Positions 19,170 through 28,893 of a stretch of 64,000 nucleotides of DNA are shown here, piece after piece (the first letter of the stretch is position 1; every line of letters starts with the position of its first letter). The stretch spans positions 55,218 to 119,217 of the forward strand of contig CAZNWJ010000004.1 of assembly GCA_964576925.1 (NCBI GenBank), given 5' to 3'. The translations under genes were made by a program, and so were the position numbers. This DNA is from an uncultured Ignavibacteria bacterium (GTDB taxonomy: Bacteria > Zixibacteria > MSB-5A5 > CAIYYT01). Below the pieces are notes generated by a model. The model searched no databases. It was not told the origin of the DNA and saw nothing but the letters and a program-made list of their open reading frames with translations.

Positions 19170-20288
19170 TTGAAGCAGGCAAAGCGTGGTAACGTCGAGC
19201 CGAATCTCTTTGAGAAACCGGCTCCACGTATCGCGCCTCGGGCAATTGCGGCCCCCTTCGTGTTCATTGATCTCTTTGCAGGAATCGGAGGCTTCCGTAT
19301 CGGCCTCGAACGACTGGGCGGGCGTTGCGCGTTTTCATGTGAATGGGACAAGAACGCTCAAAGAACTTATCATGCATGGTTTGGTGAGATTCCTGCCGGT
19401 GACATTCGTAACGTCAATCCATGCGACATCCCTGATCATGACTTGTTGGCAGCGGGATTTCCCTGTCAGCCATTTTCAATTGCTGGCGTGTCCAAGAAGA
19501 ACAGCCTGGGTCACGAACACGGATTCAAGGACAAGACCCAGGGTACTCTATTCTTCCACATAGCCGAGATCATGCAGATGAAGAGACCTCCGGTTGCGAT
19601 TCTGGAGAATGTGAAGAATCTGCTTTCACACGAACGAGGTCGAACATGGCAGGTCATCAAGTCGACACTTGAAGAATTGAATTACGTCGTGTTCCACAAG
19701 ATCATAGATGCGTCCGGCTACGTGCCTCAGCACCGCGAAAGAGTCTTCATTGTCTGCTTTGACAAGGAGGTCTTTGGGGCCAACCCCGACTTTAGTTTCC
19801 CAGCGCCGGTCTCTGACACTGCGCCGAAGTTCAAGTCTATTCTTGAGAAGAAACCAGGCTCGAAGTATATTCTGACTGACCATCTTTGGGAATACCTGCA
19901 GAACTATGCTGCTGCGCACAAAGCGAAAGGCAATGGCTTTGGATTTGGAATGACGGACCTGAATGGAGTGAGTCGAACCCTGAGCGCTCGCTACTACAAG
20001 GACGGATCAGAGGTCTTGATCCCCCGAAATGGTGGCAACCCCCGCAGATTAACTCCACGGGAGGCCGCACGATTGATGGGTTTCGATGATTCGCTTGAGA
20101 TCGTTGTTTCGGATACGCAGGCCTACAAGCAGTTCGGGAACGCGGTTGTACCGGCGGTCGTGGAGGCTGTCGGGGGCGAAATTGTCAAGACCATGTTGCT
20201 CAAGTTTCAGATGATCGAGAATGGGTGTTTGCTCAAAGGACGAGACATCACTGTGAACTCGAATAAGGACATGATGATCGGAGGCTAG
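19170..20288 (+). CDS. dcm: DNA (cytosine-5)-methyltransferase
   Basis: Motif I FIDLFAGIGGF, IV GFPCQPFS, VI ENVKNLL, VIII QHRERVFIV, X GNAV. TTG start. Low local GC. Confidence 0.95.
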   Translation: MKQAKRGNVEPNLFEKPAPRIAPRAIAAPFVFIDLFAGIGGFRIGLERLGGRCAFSCEWDKNAQRTYHAWFGEIPAGDIRNVNPCDIPDHDLLAAGFPCQPFSIAGVSKKNSLGHEHGFKDKTQGTLFFHIAEIMQMKRPPVAILENVKNLLSHERGRTWQVIKSTLEELNYVVFHKIIDASGYVPQHRERVFIVCFDKEVFGANPDFSFPAPVSDTAPKFKSILEKKPGSKYILTDHLWEYLQNYAAAHKAKGNGFGFGMTDLNGVSRTLSARYYKDGSEVLIPRNGGNPRRLTPREAARLMGFDDSLEIVVSDTQAYKQFGNAVVPAVVEAVGGEIVKTMLLKFQMIENGCLLKGRDITVNSNKDMMIGG

Positions 20289-20292
20289 GGCG

Positions 20293-21273
20293 ATGAACAT
20301 TACAGGTTTGCTTAAAGGCTCTGAGTGGGACTATCCGTTCTTTAAGGTGCTGGCAAGAAACGACACCGGAGAGGCTCAAGGACATCAATCCGGATTAGTC
20401 CTTCCCAAAGACCTGCGAGACTACATGCCTGCACTTGAAGAACATAATGTCTCACAGATCTTTCCCACCGTGGATAGAATCCTCACTGCAGAGTTGTACA
20501 AGGGCAGAGTTCTTCTCGACAAATCAAGCCTTCGTTACCAGATTCAAACATGGGGTGGGAAGCGAACGCCGGAGGCGCGAATTACTGCAGGCATTCGAAC
20601 TTTGACGAATCTGGCGAAAGTTGGGGACATACTTGTATTTCAGAGGCGAATCGACTCGGTCGAGGAGTATCGCTTAATATTAATCGAAAGAGCTTCGGCA
20701 GAATATCGTGCTATCGAACGCTTGGTAGCAGGTAGAAAATGGGGCCCACTTAATGCACGTGCTGCTCCAATAACAATTGAGCAGTTTTCGCAAGCCAAGG
20801 AAGAGATGATGCAGACCGCCGACAAAACATTCAGACTGCAGGCAGAACCGCGAAGAATCTCAGGCACTGGCGTTACAAGGATCGCAAGAGACTCTGCATT
20901 CCGCGAAGTAGTAAAGCTACAATATGCGTTCAAGTGTTCGATCAGTGGATATGGGCTCTCTACACAGAGTTCTCACTACGAGGTGGAGGCAGCTCACATA
21001 GTTCCGAAGGAGCACGGAGGACCTGACGACCCACGAAACGGACTATGCCTTACACGCACTTTGCACTGGGCGTTTGATCGGGGCCTAATTGGCGTTACCA
21101 CTGAAAGAAGGGTGTTTATTCCGGAAGATATCAGGTCAATGCCTCAGAACGACTTGCTGCTGCAATTTGACGGGAGGCCTCTTGCAATCCCAAAGAATCC
21201 GAATCTTGCTGCTCACGAAGATGCGCTAGCCTGGCACAGAACGAATGTAGTTCGAGCCTTGGACCATGGTTGA
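20293..21273 (+). CDS. Putative restriction endonuclease: uncharacterized N-terminal DNA-recognition region plus C-terminal HNH nuclease
   Basis: HNH motif EAAHIVPKEHGGPDDPRNGLCLTRTLHWAFDRG at the C-terminus. Sits between dcm and vsr on the same strand. The N-terminal ~200 aa have no obvious family. Confidence 0.65.
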   Translation: MNITGLLKGSEWDYPFFKVLARNDTGEAQGHQSGLVLPKDLRDYMPALEEHNVSQIFPTVDRILTAELYKGRVLLDKSSLRYQIQTWGGKRTPEARITAGIRTLTNLAKVGDILVFQRRIDSVEEYRLILIERASAEYRAIERLVAGRKWGPLNARAAPITIEQFSQAKEEMMQTADKTFRLQAEPRRISGTGVTRIARDSAFREVVKLQYAFKCSISGYGLSTQSSHYEVEAAHIVPKEHGGPDDPRNGLCLTRTLHWAFDRGLIGVTTERRVFIPEDIRSMPQNDLLLQFDGRPLAIPKNPNLAAHEDALAWHRTNVVRALDHG

Positions 21274-21679
21274 TGTCCTGACACCTGGTCAGCGTCGCAA
21301 GAATATGGCTGCGATAAAGTCACATGACACGAAGCCTGAACTCAGAGTTAGACGCGTTGTACATAGACTCGGATTTCGCTTTGCTCTTCACAAGAAAGAC
21401 CTCCCAGGAAAGCCTGACTTAGCCCTGACGAAGCATCGAAAGGTCATCTTGGTTCATGGGTGTTACTGGCACATGCACAATTGCAGGTACGGACGCGTAG
21501 TTCCGAGAACAAACGCTCGGTTCTGGCGTGCAAAACGCGAGACAAACGTTGAAAGGGATCGCAGAAACCTCAGAGAGCTTCGTAAGCTGAAATGGAAAGT
21601 ACTCGTTGTTTGGGAGTGTCAAACAAGAAATCAAGAGAGATTGAAAAGGCGACTTCAGAAGTTTCTATTCAGCAACTGA
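21266..21679 (+). CDS. vsr: Very-short-patch repair endonuclease (T:G mismatch)
   Basis: N-terminus TPGQRRKNMAAIKSHDTKPELRVRRVVHRLGFRFALHKKDLPGKPDL. Catalytic region HGCYWHMH. Overlaps the HNH gene by 8 nt. Confidence 0.9.
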   Translation: MVDVLTPGQRRKNMAAIKSHDTKPELRVRRVVHRLGFRFALHKKDLPGKPDLALTKHRKVILVHGCYWHMHNCRYGRVVPRTNARFWRAKRETNVERDRRNLRELRKLKWKVLVVWECQTRNQERLKRRLQKFLFSN

Positions 21680-21707
21680 AGTATTGGCTTGCTGGCTTCC
21701 TCGCCCC

Positions 21708-22685
21708 CTACCATCCTAGCACGATGGCGAACATCAGCGGGGCGACGATCGAGGCGTCGGATTCGATGATGTACTTCGGCGTGTCGATTCCCAACTTGCC
21801 CCAGGTGATTTTCTCGTTGGGGACGGCGCCGGAATAGGACCCGTAGCTGGTGGTCGAGTCGCTGATCTGGCAGAAGTAGCCCCAGACCGGGACATTGGTG
21901 CGCTGCAGGTCCTGGTGAAGCATCGGTACGACGCAGATCGGGAAATCACCCGCGATGCCGCCGCCGATCTGGAAGAAGCCGATTGTCGATTTCTTCGTCG
22001 TGGCGGTGTACCAATCGGCGAGCCAAGTCATGTATTCGATGCCGGTGCGGACGGTGTGGACGTTCTTGATGTCGCCTTCAATGCAGTGTGCCGCATAAAT
22101 GTTGCCCATGGTGGAGTCTTCCCAGCCGGGCACGACGATGGGGAGATTCTTCTCGGCGGCGGCGACCATCCAGGAATCTTTCGGGTCGATCTGGTAGTGC
22201 AGCTTGAGCGCGCCGGAGCGGATAATCTTGTACATGAACTCGTGCGGGAAATGGCGCTCACCGGCTTTGTCGGCCTTGAGCCATTCGTCGAGGAGGACTT
22301 TCTCGAGCCGACGCAGTGCTTCCTCTTCCGGAATGCAGGTATCGGTAACGCGATTGAGGTGACGGTCGAGCAGGGCCTGCTCATCGTGCGGCGTCAGGTC
22401 GCGATAGTGCGGCACGCGCTCGTAGTGATCGTGGGCGACCAGATTGAAGAGGTCTTCCTCGAGGTTGGCGCCGGTGCAGCTAATGATGTGCACCTTATCG
22501 CGGCGAATCATTTCGGCAAGAGAGAGGCCGAGCTCGGCGGTGCTCATGGCGCCGGCCAGCACGACCATCATCTTGCCGCCGGTTTCGACGTGATGAACGT
22601 AGGCGTTGGCGGCGTCGATCATGGCGGCCGCATTGAAATGGCGATAGTGATGCTTCAGGAACCTGGTGATTTCGCCGTTGCTCAT
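21708..22685 (-). CDS. Deoxyhypusine synthase-like protein (DHS family; bacterial polyamine metabolism)
   Basis: Core IISCTGANLEEDLFN and GGGIAGDFPICVVPMLHQDL match DHS-like NAD-binding domain signatures. Confidence 0.8.
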   Translation of the reverse strand: MSNGEITRFLKHHYRHFNAAAMIDAANAYVHHVETGGKMMVVLAGAMSTAELGLSLAEMIRRDKVHIISCTGANLEEDLFNLVAHDHYERVPHYRDLTPHDEQALLDRHLNRVTDTCIPEEEALRRLEKVLLDEWLKADKAGERHFPHEFMYKIIRSGALKLHYQIDPKDSWMVAAAEKNLPIVVPGWEDSTMGNIYAAHCIEGDIKNVHTVRTGIEYMTWLADWYTATTKKSTIGFFQIGGGIAGDFPICVVPMLHQDLQRTNVPVWGYFCQISDSTTSYGSYSGAVPNEKITWGKLGIDTPKYIIESDASIVAPLMFAIVLGW

Positions 22686-22706
22686 GGTCGTCCCGTCTTT
22701 CGTACG

Positions 22707-23267
22707 TTAGTCTTCGTTGTCAAGAATCAGCATGGCGGCGGTAATGACCGTCGTCCAAAGGCCGTTCTTGTCGCCTTCGGCAGATTGCGTGATGTTACGC
22801 GAGTAGACGACTTCGCCTTTGAGTCTCCACTGCTCTTTGTTCTGGTCCCACGACTTGTCGAGATCGATCTCGAGACCCATCGTGGTCGCGAGCATCTGGA
22901 CGGCGAGGTCCTCGGCGTAGTCGCCGGAGAATTTCTGTGTCTGTCCGAAACCGTGGTGTTCGGACAAATAGCCGAACTTGGATTTGTCTTTTGGCATCGC
23001 CAAACCGATTGAAGCCGAGACCAGGCGATTGGGTTCGTTGGTGGCGTCGCGGCTCATGACGCAGAAAGCAATCTGGCCGGGCTCGAAGTACTTAAGTCCT
23101 TCGCGGCGCGTAATCAACTTGCAGTGCGGCGGAAAGATCGACGAGACGTTGACGAGATTGAGGTATGCGATTCCGGCGTCGCGCAGCGCCAACTCGAATG
23201 AGGCGAGCTTCTCTTTGTGATGGCCCACACCCTTGGTTAAGAAGATCTTTGTCGGTACGAAGTTCAA
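22707..23267 (-). CDS. pdaD: Pyruvoyl-dependent arginine decarboxylase
   Basis: N-terminus VPTKIFLTKGVGHHKEKLASFELALRDAGIAYLNLVNVSSIFPP, with the SS cleavage/pyruvoyl site, is diagnostic of the PdaD family. Confidence 0.85.
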   Translation of the reverse strand: MNFVPTKIFLTKGVGHHKEKLASFELALRDAGIAYLNLVNVSSIFPPHCKLITRREGLKYFEPGQIAFCVMSRDATNEPNRLVSASIGLAMPKDKSKFGYLSEHHGFGQTQKFSGDYAEDLAVQMLATTMGLEIDLDKSWDQNKEQWRLKGEVVYSRNITQSAEGDKNGLWTTVITAAMLILDNED

Positions 23268-23543
23268 CTCAAACTCCTTTGTCTAAAGCCGTCGATTCTA
23301 CGCACGGTAACGCGGGAAAATATGAATTCAACAAAGCGATGCAACAGGAAATTGCGACCGGGCGGGCGACGGCGGGGGTGCTCGCAACCGCGGCTGAGAC
23401 CCGGGCGGTGTCAGTGAAACCCGCGATCGCAGTCTGAGAGAACGCGAATTCAGCTACTACAATGTGTCTTTACAAAAATCTGTCATGGCGTATATTATCG
23501 ACGATACTTCGGAGGGGGTGTTCTTTAACAGGAGTCGTCTGCC

Positions 23544-25454
23544 ATGAGACGTTTGCTACTACCCCTTGTCATAATCGTCCTCACAACTCTCTCTCTGCAA
23601 GGCGCTGATTTGTACAAAGTTACGATCAGCGGCGCGGATGAGGCCAAGACTCTTCAAGCGCTGGGACTGGACGCCGTTGTCAAGATCAGCGATGGCTATC
23701 TGGTCATAGTGGATCAAGGTGAGGCGGCACAGTTGCTCAATTCGGAGTTGAAATCTGTGCGAATCTTCTCGGGGATCAACCGAAATGAACTCGCGCTTGA
23801 TCTGCGCACCAACGACGAGAACGCCGGGCGGTTTGAGTTGGTGTTTCAGGAGGGCGGGCTGCGGTTGTTCTATGTGCCCGGAGGTTATGATCCGAGTTCA
23901 GAGATGACGCCTTCGCTGATGCCGTTGCCGGCATCGCTGCGAATTTCGTATCGCGAGCCGCGGACCGGGGCGCCGAAGGGTATGCCGACGTCGACGGCGC
24001 TGGAATCGTTGCTAGGGACGATTTCGCAGGATTCGCTATACTCCTACGTCGCTAAGTTGCAGAGCTACTACCGCCGGCTGGCCGGAACGCCGAGTATCTA
24101 CCTGGCGCGCGACTGGATAAAAGCCAAATTCGAGTCGTTTGGTTACGACTCGGTTTATCTTGACGGTTGGCAGCAATACTTCAACGGCCAGATGAACAAT
24201 TGTTACAATGTCGTCTGCGTCAAGGTCGGAACGACGTATCCGGACCTGGAGATTATCGTAGGGGCGCATCATGACGGCGTCTACAATTCACCGGCGGCGG
24301 ATGACAACGGTTCCGGAACGGCGGGCGTACTGGAAATGGCGCGGGCGTTGGCCGATACGCCGACGGAAGTGACGTTCAAGTTCATTACGTTTGACGCCGA
24401 GGAGTTTGGGCTTTACGGGTCCTACCATTATGTCAATGGCGCTGTCGCGCGAGGGGATCAGATCCTGGTGATGCACAACATGGATATGATCGCGTTTCTT
24501 TACAATTCCAATGCGGCGACGGTTTACCATGGCGATGACCCATTCTACGCTCAATGGTGGTCCAATATCGCGCAAGCCAATTACGGGATTACCGGCTATT
24601 TAAGCGGCAACAGCTCGGGATCTGACCACTACCCGTTTACACAGAACGGTTACGATGCGCTGTTTATAATCGAGGACATCTTTTCGAGTGTCTATCACAG
24701 TCCGCGCGACAGCACGACGTACATGAATTTCGAGTACATGAACCGCATGGTGCGCGCATCGCTGGCGATGGTCTATGCGGTGGCGAATGGCGGGGATTTT
24801 GACAACGACGGCGTGCCCAATACGCAGGACAATTGCGTCTTCAATCCTAACCCTGCGCAGGAAGATCCTGACGGCGATTTGATTGGCAGCGCCTGCGACA
24901 ACTGCCCCGACTATCCGAATCCCGGACAAGAGGATGAAGACGGCGACGGAGTCGGCGACTACTGTGACGGCAAGGTGCATGTAACGGCGATTCGACTTCC
25001 CGACGCCTACTATGGAGAGCCTTACAACTATCAATTTGAATGCATCGGCGGGACCGGACCGTTTAGCTGGTCGTTCTTCGGAGGTGATCTGCCGTTTGGC
25101 TGCGATTTCCAGAGCCCGGCCGGAATCCTGACCGGCACACCGAGCTACAAAGCGACCTTCTACTTCACGATTGCAGTTCTCGATGCCGGGACGCCGCCCA
25201 GCGCCGATACACAAAGTGTGTGGATTGTTGTCACCGACCCCGGGTATTTGTGTGGCGATGCTGACGCCAGCGGCAACGTGACGGTGTCAGACGCGGTGTT
25301 TATTATCAACTACATTTTTGGCGGGGGACCGGCGCCGAATCCTGACGAGCGCGGGGATGTCGACTGTACGGGTATGACGACCGTCTCGGATGTCGTCTAT
25401 CTGATCAATTATATATTCGGCGGTGGGGCAGCGCCCTGTGCAGCGTGTCCTTGA
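23544..25454 (+). CDS. Secreted M28-family aminopeptidase with thrombospondin type-3 Ca-binding repeats, an Ig-like domain and a dockerin-like C-terminal module
   Basis: Signal peptide. M28 metal ligands ([38 protein letters not shown]). TSP3 repeats [46 protein letters not shown]-terminus [31 protein letters not shown]...[29 protein letters not shown]. Confidence 0.85.
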   Translation: MRRLLLPLVIIVLTTLSLQGADLYKVTISGADEAKTLQALGLDAVVKISDGYLVIVDQGEAAQLLNSELKSVRIFSGINRNELALDLRTNDENAGRFELVFQEGGLRLFYVPGGYDPSSEMTPSLMPLPASLRISYREPRTGAPKGMPTSTALESLLGTISQDSLYSYVAKLQSYYRRLAGTPSIYLARDWIKAKFESFGYDSVYLDGWQQYFNGQMNNCYNVVCVKVGTTYPDLEIIVGAHHDGVYNSPAADDNGSGTAGVLEMARALADTPTEVTFKFITFDAEEFGLYGSYHYVNGAVARGDQILVMHNMDMIAFLYNSNAATVYHGDDPFYAQWWSNIAQANYGITGYLSGNSSGSDHYPFTQNGYDALFIIEDIFSSVYHSPRDSTTYMNFEYMNRMVRASLAMVYAVANGGDFDNDGVPNTQDNCVFNPNPAQEDPDGDLIGSACDNCPDYPNPGQEDEDGDGVGDYCDGKVHVTAIRLPDAYYGEPYNYQFECIGGTGPFSWSFFGGDLPFGCDFQSPAGILTGTPSYKATFYFTIAVLDAGTPPSADTQSVWIVVTDPGYLCGDADASGNVTVSDAVFIINYIFGGGPAPNPDERGDVDCTGMTTVSDVVYLINYIFGGGAAPCAACP

Positions 25455-25481
25455 TTCAGAAGAAAAGTTAGTGTGTGGTAA

Positions 25482-25515
25482 GAGCGGGAGCCGGCAGACT
25501 CCCGCTTTTTGTTGG
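25482..25515 (+). terminator. Rho-independent terminator after the M28 peptidase gene
   Basis: AGCGGGAG / CTCCCGCT stem followed by TTTTGTTGG. Confidence 0.7.
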
Positions 25516-26026
25516 CGTCTTGAAGACGTGAAGGTCTCGGACGCTGGTCTCGAGGATCCACAATTAGAGAGCACCGGTTCACAATTTCGCGCCTGCTCAA
25601 ATGTAGTATTGGGAGTTGTGGTATGTCAGGCGCGAAATCAAGAACCGGCGCAACGGAGACAGAGTGCAAACGATGTCGTGTCTGGCGGGAGCCTCCTCAT
25701 TGTGCAGGCGGGCGGGCGAGTGGTTCTTGTGAACGCTGGAACATACCGGCGGAATATGATCGGATTAGTCCGCGAATAATCCCATAGACCTTGGCTGAGC
25801 CTCCTAGATAGCGAACTTGCAACGTCGCTATAAAGTACTGATTACGAATGTCTTGCTGTAAATCAGAGCGTCTCCTTGACATTGTACGTTAGTTAGTGTT
25901 AATTAAAGACAATGTATGTCTTGTTACTTTTTTCACAAGCTGTGACACTTATATGACAATAGAAGTCGAGTTTTCTTTAACTTCAGGACAACGAAAGACG
26001 ATAGTCTTAGGTGAGTATAGGTAGAT

Positions 26027-27286
26027 ATGGAATTTGGGATCATCGGGACATCAATCTGGCAGCAAAATGTAAAGCTGCTGGAGCATCTGACGATCGATCG
26101 TGACAGCCGTGTGGAGACGCTGAAGCGGTTGAAGGATCATCTATCGCTCGATGAGCTGATTTACCTGTCAACGTGCAATCGCGTCGAATTTGTCTATGTC
26201 TCCTCGGGACGATTCGGCGGCTCGAAGTTGCTGCACCGATTGATCGACTTCTTTTTCCGCGGACAACAGGGGTTCGGATTTTTCCCGAACGACTTCTATC
26301 ATTACACAGGCAGAGAGGCAGTTGCGCATTTGTTTCGCACGACTGCCTCGCTCGAATCGCTGGTCGTGGGAGAGGCCCAAATCGCCGGGCAGTATAAAGA
26401 AGCGTACATGGAGGCCCTGGCGACTGGGTTGGCAGGGGTTGCCCTAAAGGACATTTCGGAAGAGGCGCTGGTGGTGGCGAAGAAAGTCAAGCGGGAAACG
26501 GCGGTCGGCAGCGGGTCAGTTTCGATGGCATCGCTGGCGGCCGATGAACTTGCCTCGGCCTGCAACGAGAATTCGCTGATCGCATTGATTGGCGCCGGCA
26601 CAATGACAATCAAGCTGGCGCGATATGTCCTGGATCACAAGCTTGGCAGGCTGCTGTTCGTCAATCGCACCGTTGAAAAGGCGGCGAAGTTTGTCGAGCA
26701 ATTTGGCGGCAGCGCGATATCGCTGGATGAATTCATTGCCGAGCCGCAACAGGTAGATGCGATCGTATCGGCGACAGCCGCTACCGAGGCGATCTTTGAC
26801 CAGAATTTTCTCGATCGATTACCTAAGCAGGATTTGCCCGTAGTGTGTATTGACCTGGCGATCCCGAAGGATTTCTGCGATTGCTTCGGCAGTTCCGACA
26901 AGGTGCGGCTGGTTGACATTGCCTATCTGCGGTCGCAGTGTTCGAGCAACTTGCGGCAGAAATTTATTGAGACGGGTAAGGCCAACGAAATCGTGCGCGA
27001 AGCAGTAAATGTCTATATGTCTGATCGCATCGAAGTTTCGCTCAAGCCGATCTTTACCGACAGTTTCCAGGAATCGATGCAATTAGCCAAGCGCGCCCTC
27101 GACGATCTTTTCGCGAAGAAGGTGACCTCGCTCAATGACGAGGAGAAAGACGCGATTTATCGCCTGGTCACCAAGCTGATCGCCAATTCCGCCTACCAGC
27201 CAGCCAAGGTGCTTTCCGACAAGCTGGCCAATCTTACCGACGAAATCGACCTTTCGGAACTCCGCCGCCGCAAAAACGCGATATGA
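26027..27286 (+). CDS. hemA: Glutamyl-tRNA reductase
   Basis: LSTCNRVEFVYV active-site Cys region. NADPH-binding GAGTMT. C-terminal dimerization helix. Confidence 0.95.
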   Translation: MEFGIIGTSIWQQNVKLLEHLTIDRDSRVETLKRLKDHLSLDELIYLSTCNRVEFVYVSSGRFGGSKLLHRLIDFFFRGQQGFGFFPNDFYHYTGREAVAHLFRTTASLESLVVGEAQIAGQYKEAYMEALATGLAGVALKDISEEALVVAKKVKRETAVGSGSVSMASLAADELASACNENSLIALIGAGTMTIKLARYVLDHKLGRLLFVNRTVEKAAKFVEQFGGSAISLDEFIAEPQQVDAIVSATAATEAIFDQNFLDRLPKQDLPVVCIDLAIPKDFCDCFGSSDKVRLVDIAYLRSQCSSNLRQKFIETGKANEIVREAVNVYMSDRIEVSLKPIFTDSFQESMQLAKRALDDLFAKKVTSLNDEEKDAIYRLVTKLIANSAYQPAKVLSDKLANLTDEIDLSELRRRKNAI

Positions 27287-28197
27287 GCGAAAGACTGATT
27301 ATTGGCTCGCGGGGGTCTGATCTCGCACTCTATCAGGCTAATTTCATCAAGGATATCTTGATTCGGGAGCATGGTTGCGACGTCGAAATCAAGATCATTC
27401 ACACAGCCGGTGACAAGATCGACAACGTCTCGTTCGATAAGATGGAAGGTAAGGGATTCTTTACCAAGGAGTTAGAAGACTCGCTCTTGAAGAACGAAAT
27501 TGACCTCGCTGTTCATTCCCTCAAGGATTTGATGACAACGCAGCCGGAGGGCCTCAAACTGGGGGCTGCCGGGTATCGAGCTGACCGCGCCGAGATGCTC
27601 CTAATTCGCAAGGAATCGCGCAGCGGAGCCGGTGTTTTGCCGGTTCGGGACGGCGGCGTCATCGGCACAAGTTCGGCGAGACGCAAATGTCAGGTTGCCT
27701 TCCATCACCCAAAGTTGCAAATTAAGGATCTGCGCGGAAACGTACCGACGCGAGTCCGTAAGTTACGTGAAGGTCAGTACGACGCGATTCTCCTGGCGTG
27801 TGCCGGGGTGAAGCGTCTGCAACTGGATTTGTCTGATCTGGAAGTTGTCGAGCTCGATCCGCAGGTATTTCTGCCGGCTCCGGCCCAGGGCATTTTGGGG
27901 ATACAAATTCGCGACCGCGATCCGCGCGTGGAGAACATAGTAGCAAAACTTGGATCCAAGGACGAAATGCTTCAGGCAGAGTTAGAGCGCGGATTATTGA
28001 AGATGTTCGATTCCGGCTGTTCATTGCCGCTCGGGGTATGGTCTGACAGGAGAAACGGGGAATACCATTTGAAGGCTATATTGGGACAGCAGGTTGAGGC
28101 GCGCTGGAATGGTCTGGCACGAGCCGAGGTCAAGGGGGCCAATATCGCGAGCCTGATCGAACAGGCGTTTTTGATGTTGCAGCGGGGGGGACAATGA
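27283..28197 (+). CDS. hemC: Hydroxymethylbilane synthase (porphobilinogen deaminase)
   Basis: N-terminus IIGSRGSDLALYQAN. The dipyrromethane cofactor Cys region is conserved. ATGA overlap with hemA. Confidence 0.95.
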   Translation: MSERLIIGSRGSDLALYQANFIKDILIREHGCDVEIKIIHTAGDKIDNVSFDKMEGKGFFTKELEDSLLKNEIDLAVHSLKDLMTTQPEGLKLGAAGYRADRAEMLLIRKESRSGAGVLPVRDGGVIGTSSARRKCQVAFHHPKLQIKDLRGNVPTRVRKLREGQYDAILLACAGVKRLQLDLSDLEVVELDPQVFLPAPAQGILGIQIRDRDPRVENIVAKLGSKDEMLQAELERGLLKMFDSGCSLPLGVWSDRRNGEYHLKAILGQQVEARWNGLARAEVKGANIASLIEQAFLMLQRGGQ

Positions 28198-28892
28198 GAG
28201 TTGTCGTCACCCGACCGGCACGCCAGTTAACCGAATTGACACAAAAGGCCGCCGAACGAAACATCGAAGTCGTGCCTTTGCCGCTGATGGAAATCGTCCC
28301 GCTGCAGTTTGACTGGCCGCGCGGTCTGGAAATCAAAGATATCGATTGGATGTTCTTCACTAGCGCGCAAGGGGTCGCCTCGTTCTTCCTGCGACTGAGC
28401 GAACTTGATCTGGTGCTTTCCGACAAGACGCGTTTTGCCGTCGTCGGCGCGCGCACCGACAGCTCGTTGCGCAAGTGGGAGAAGGAAGCCTCGTTCCAGC
28501 CGTCAGATGCCTACGGGCAGACTCTATTCACCGAGTTCATTCAGCACTACCCCGACAATAAGCAAGTCGTTATGTACGCGCGGGCGCGTGACGTCGAGTA
28601 CGATCCGGCGCCGCTGTTTTTTGGACGCGGTTACAAGTATTACTCGGTGCCGTGCTACGAATCGGTGGAGCGGAGCATCGACCCGCAGGTCATGGCCCGG
28701 ATCAAGCGCAACGACGCGATTCTATTCACTGCCCCCTCGATGGTGCGCGCCTATCAGCGCCAATTCGGCAGTCCGCAGGCGAAGCTGTTGGCGATTGGCA
28801 ACACGACGGCCGCGGAGATGGAACGTCACCGCTGGCGCAATATTGTCGTGCTCAAACAGGCGGACGTCAACACGGTCCTGGAGTATTTGTAG
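28194..28892 (+). CDS. hemD: Uroporphyrinogen-III synthase
   Basis: HemD fold with N-terminus MRVVVTRPARQ. Position in the operon between hemC and hemB. Confidence 0.8.
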   Translation: MRVVVTRPARQLTELTQKAAERNIEVVPLPLMEIVPLQFDWPRGLEIKDIDWMFFTSAQGVASFFLRLSELDLVLSDKTRFAVVGARTDSSLRKWEKEASFQPSDAYGQTLFTEFIQHYPDNKQVVMYARARDVEYDPAPLFFGRGYKYYSVPCYESVERSIDPQVMARIKRNDAILFTAPSMVRAYQRQFGSPQAKLLAIGNTTAAEMERHRWRNIVVLKQADVNTVLEYL

Positions 28893-28893
28893 A

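Noticed and set aside
21915-23012. 365-aa ORF on the + strand
   Set aside because: It is antisense to the DHS-like and pdaD genes, which have strong homology. It is a shadow ORF.
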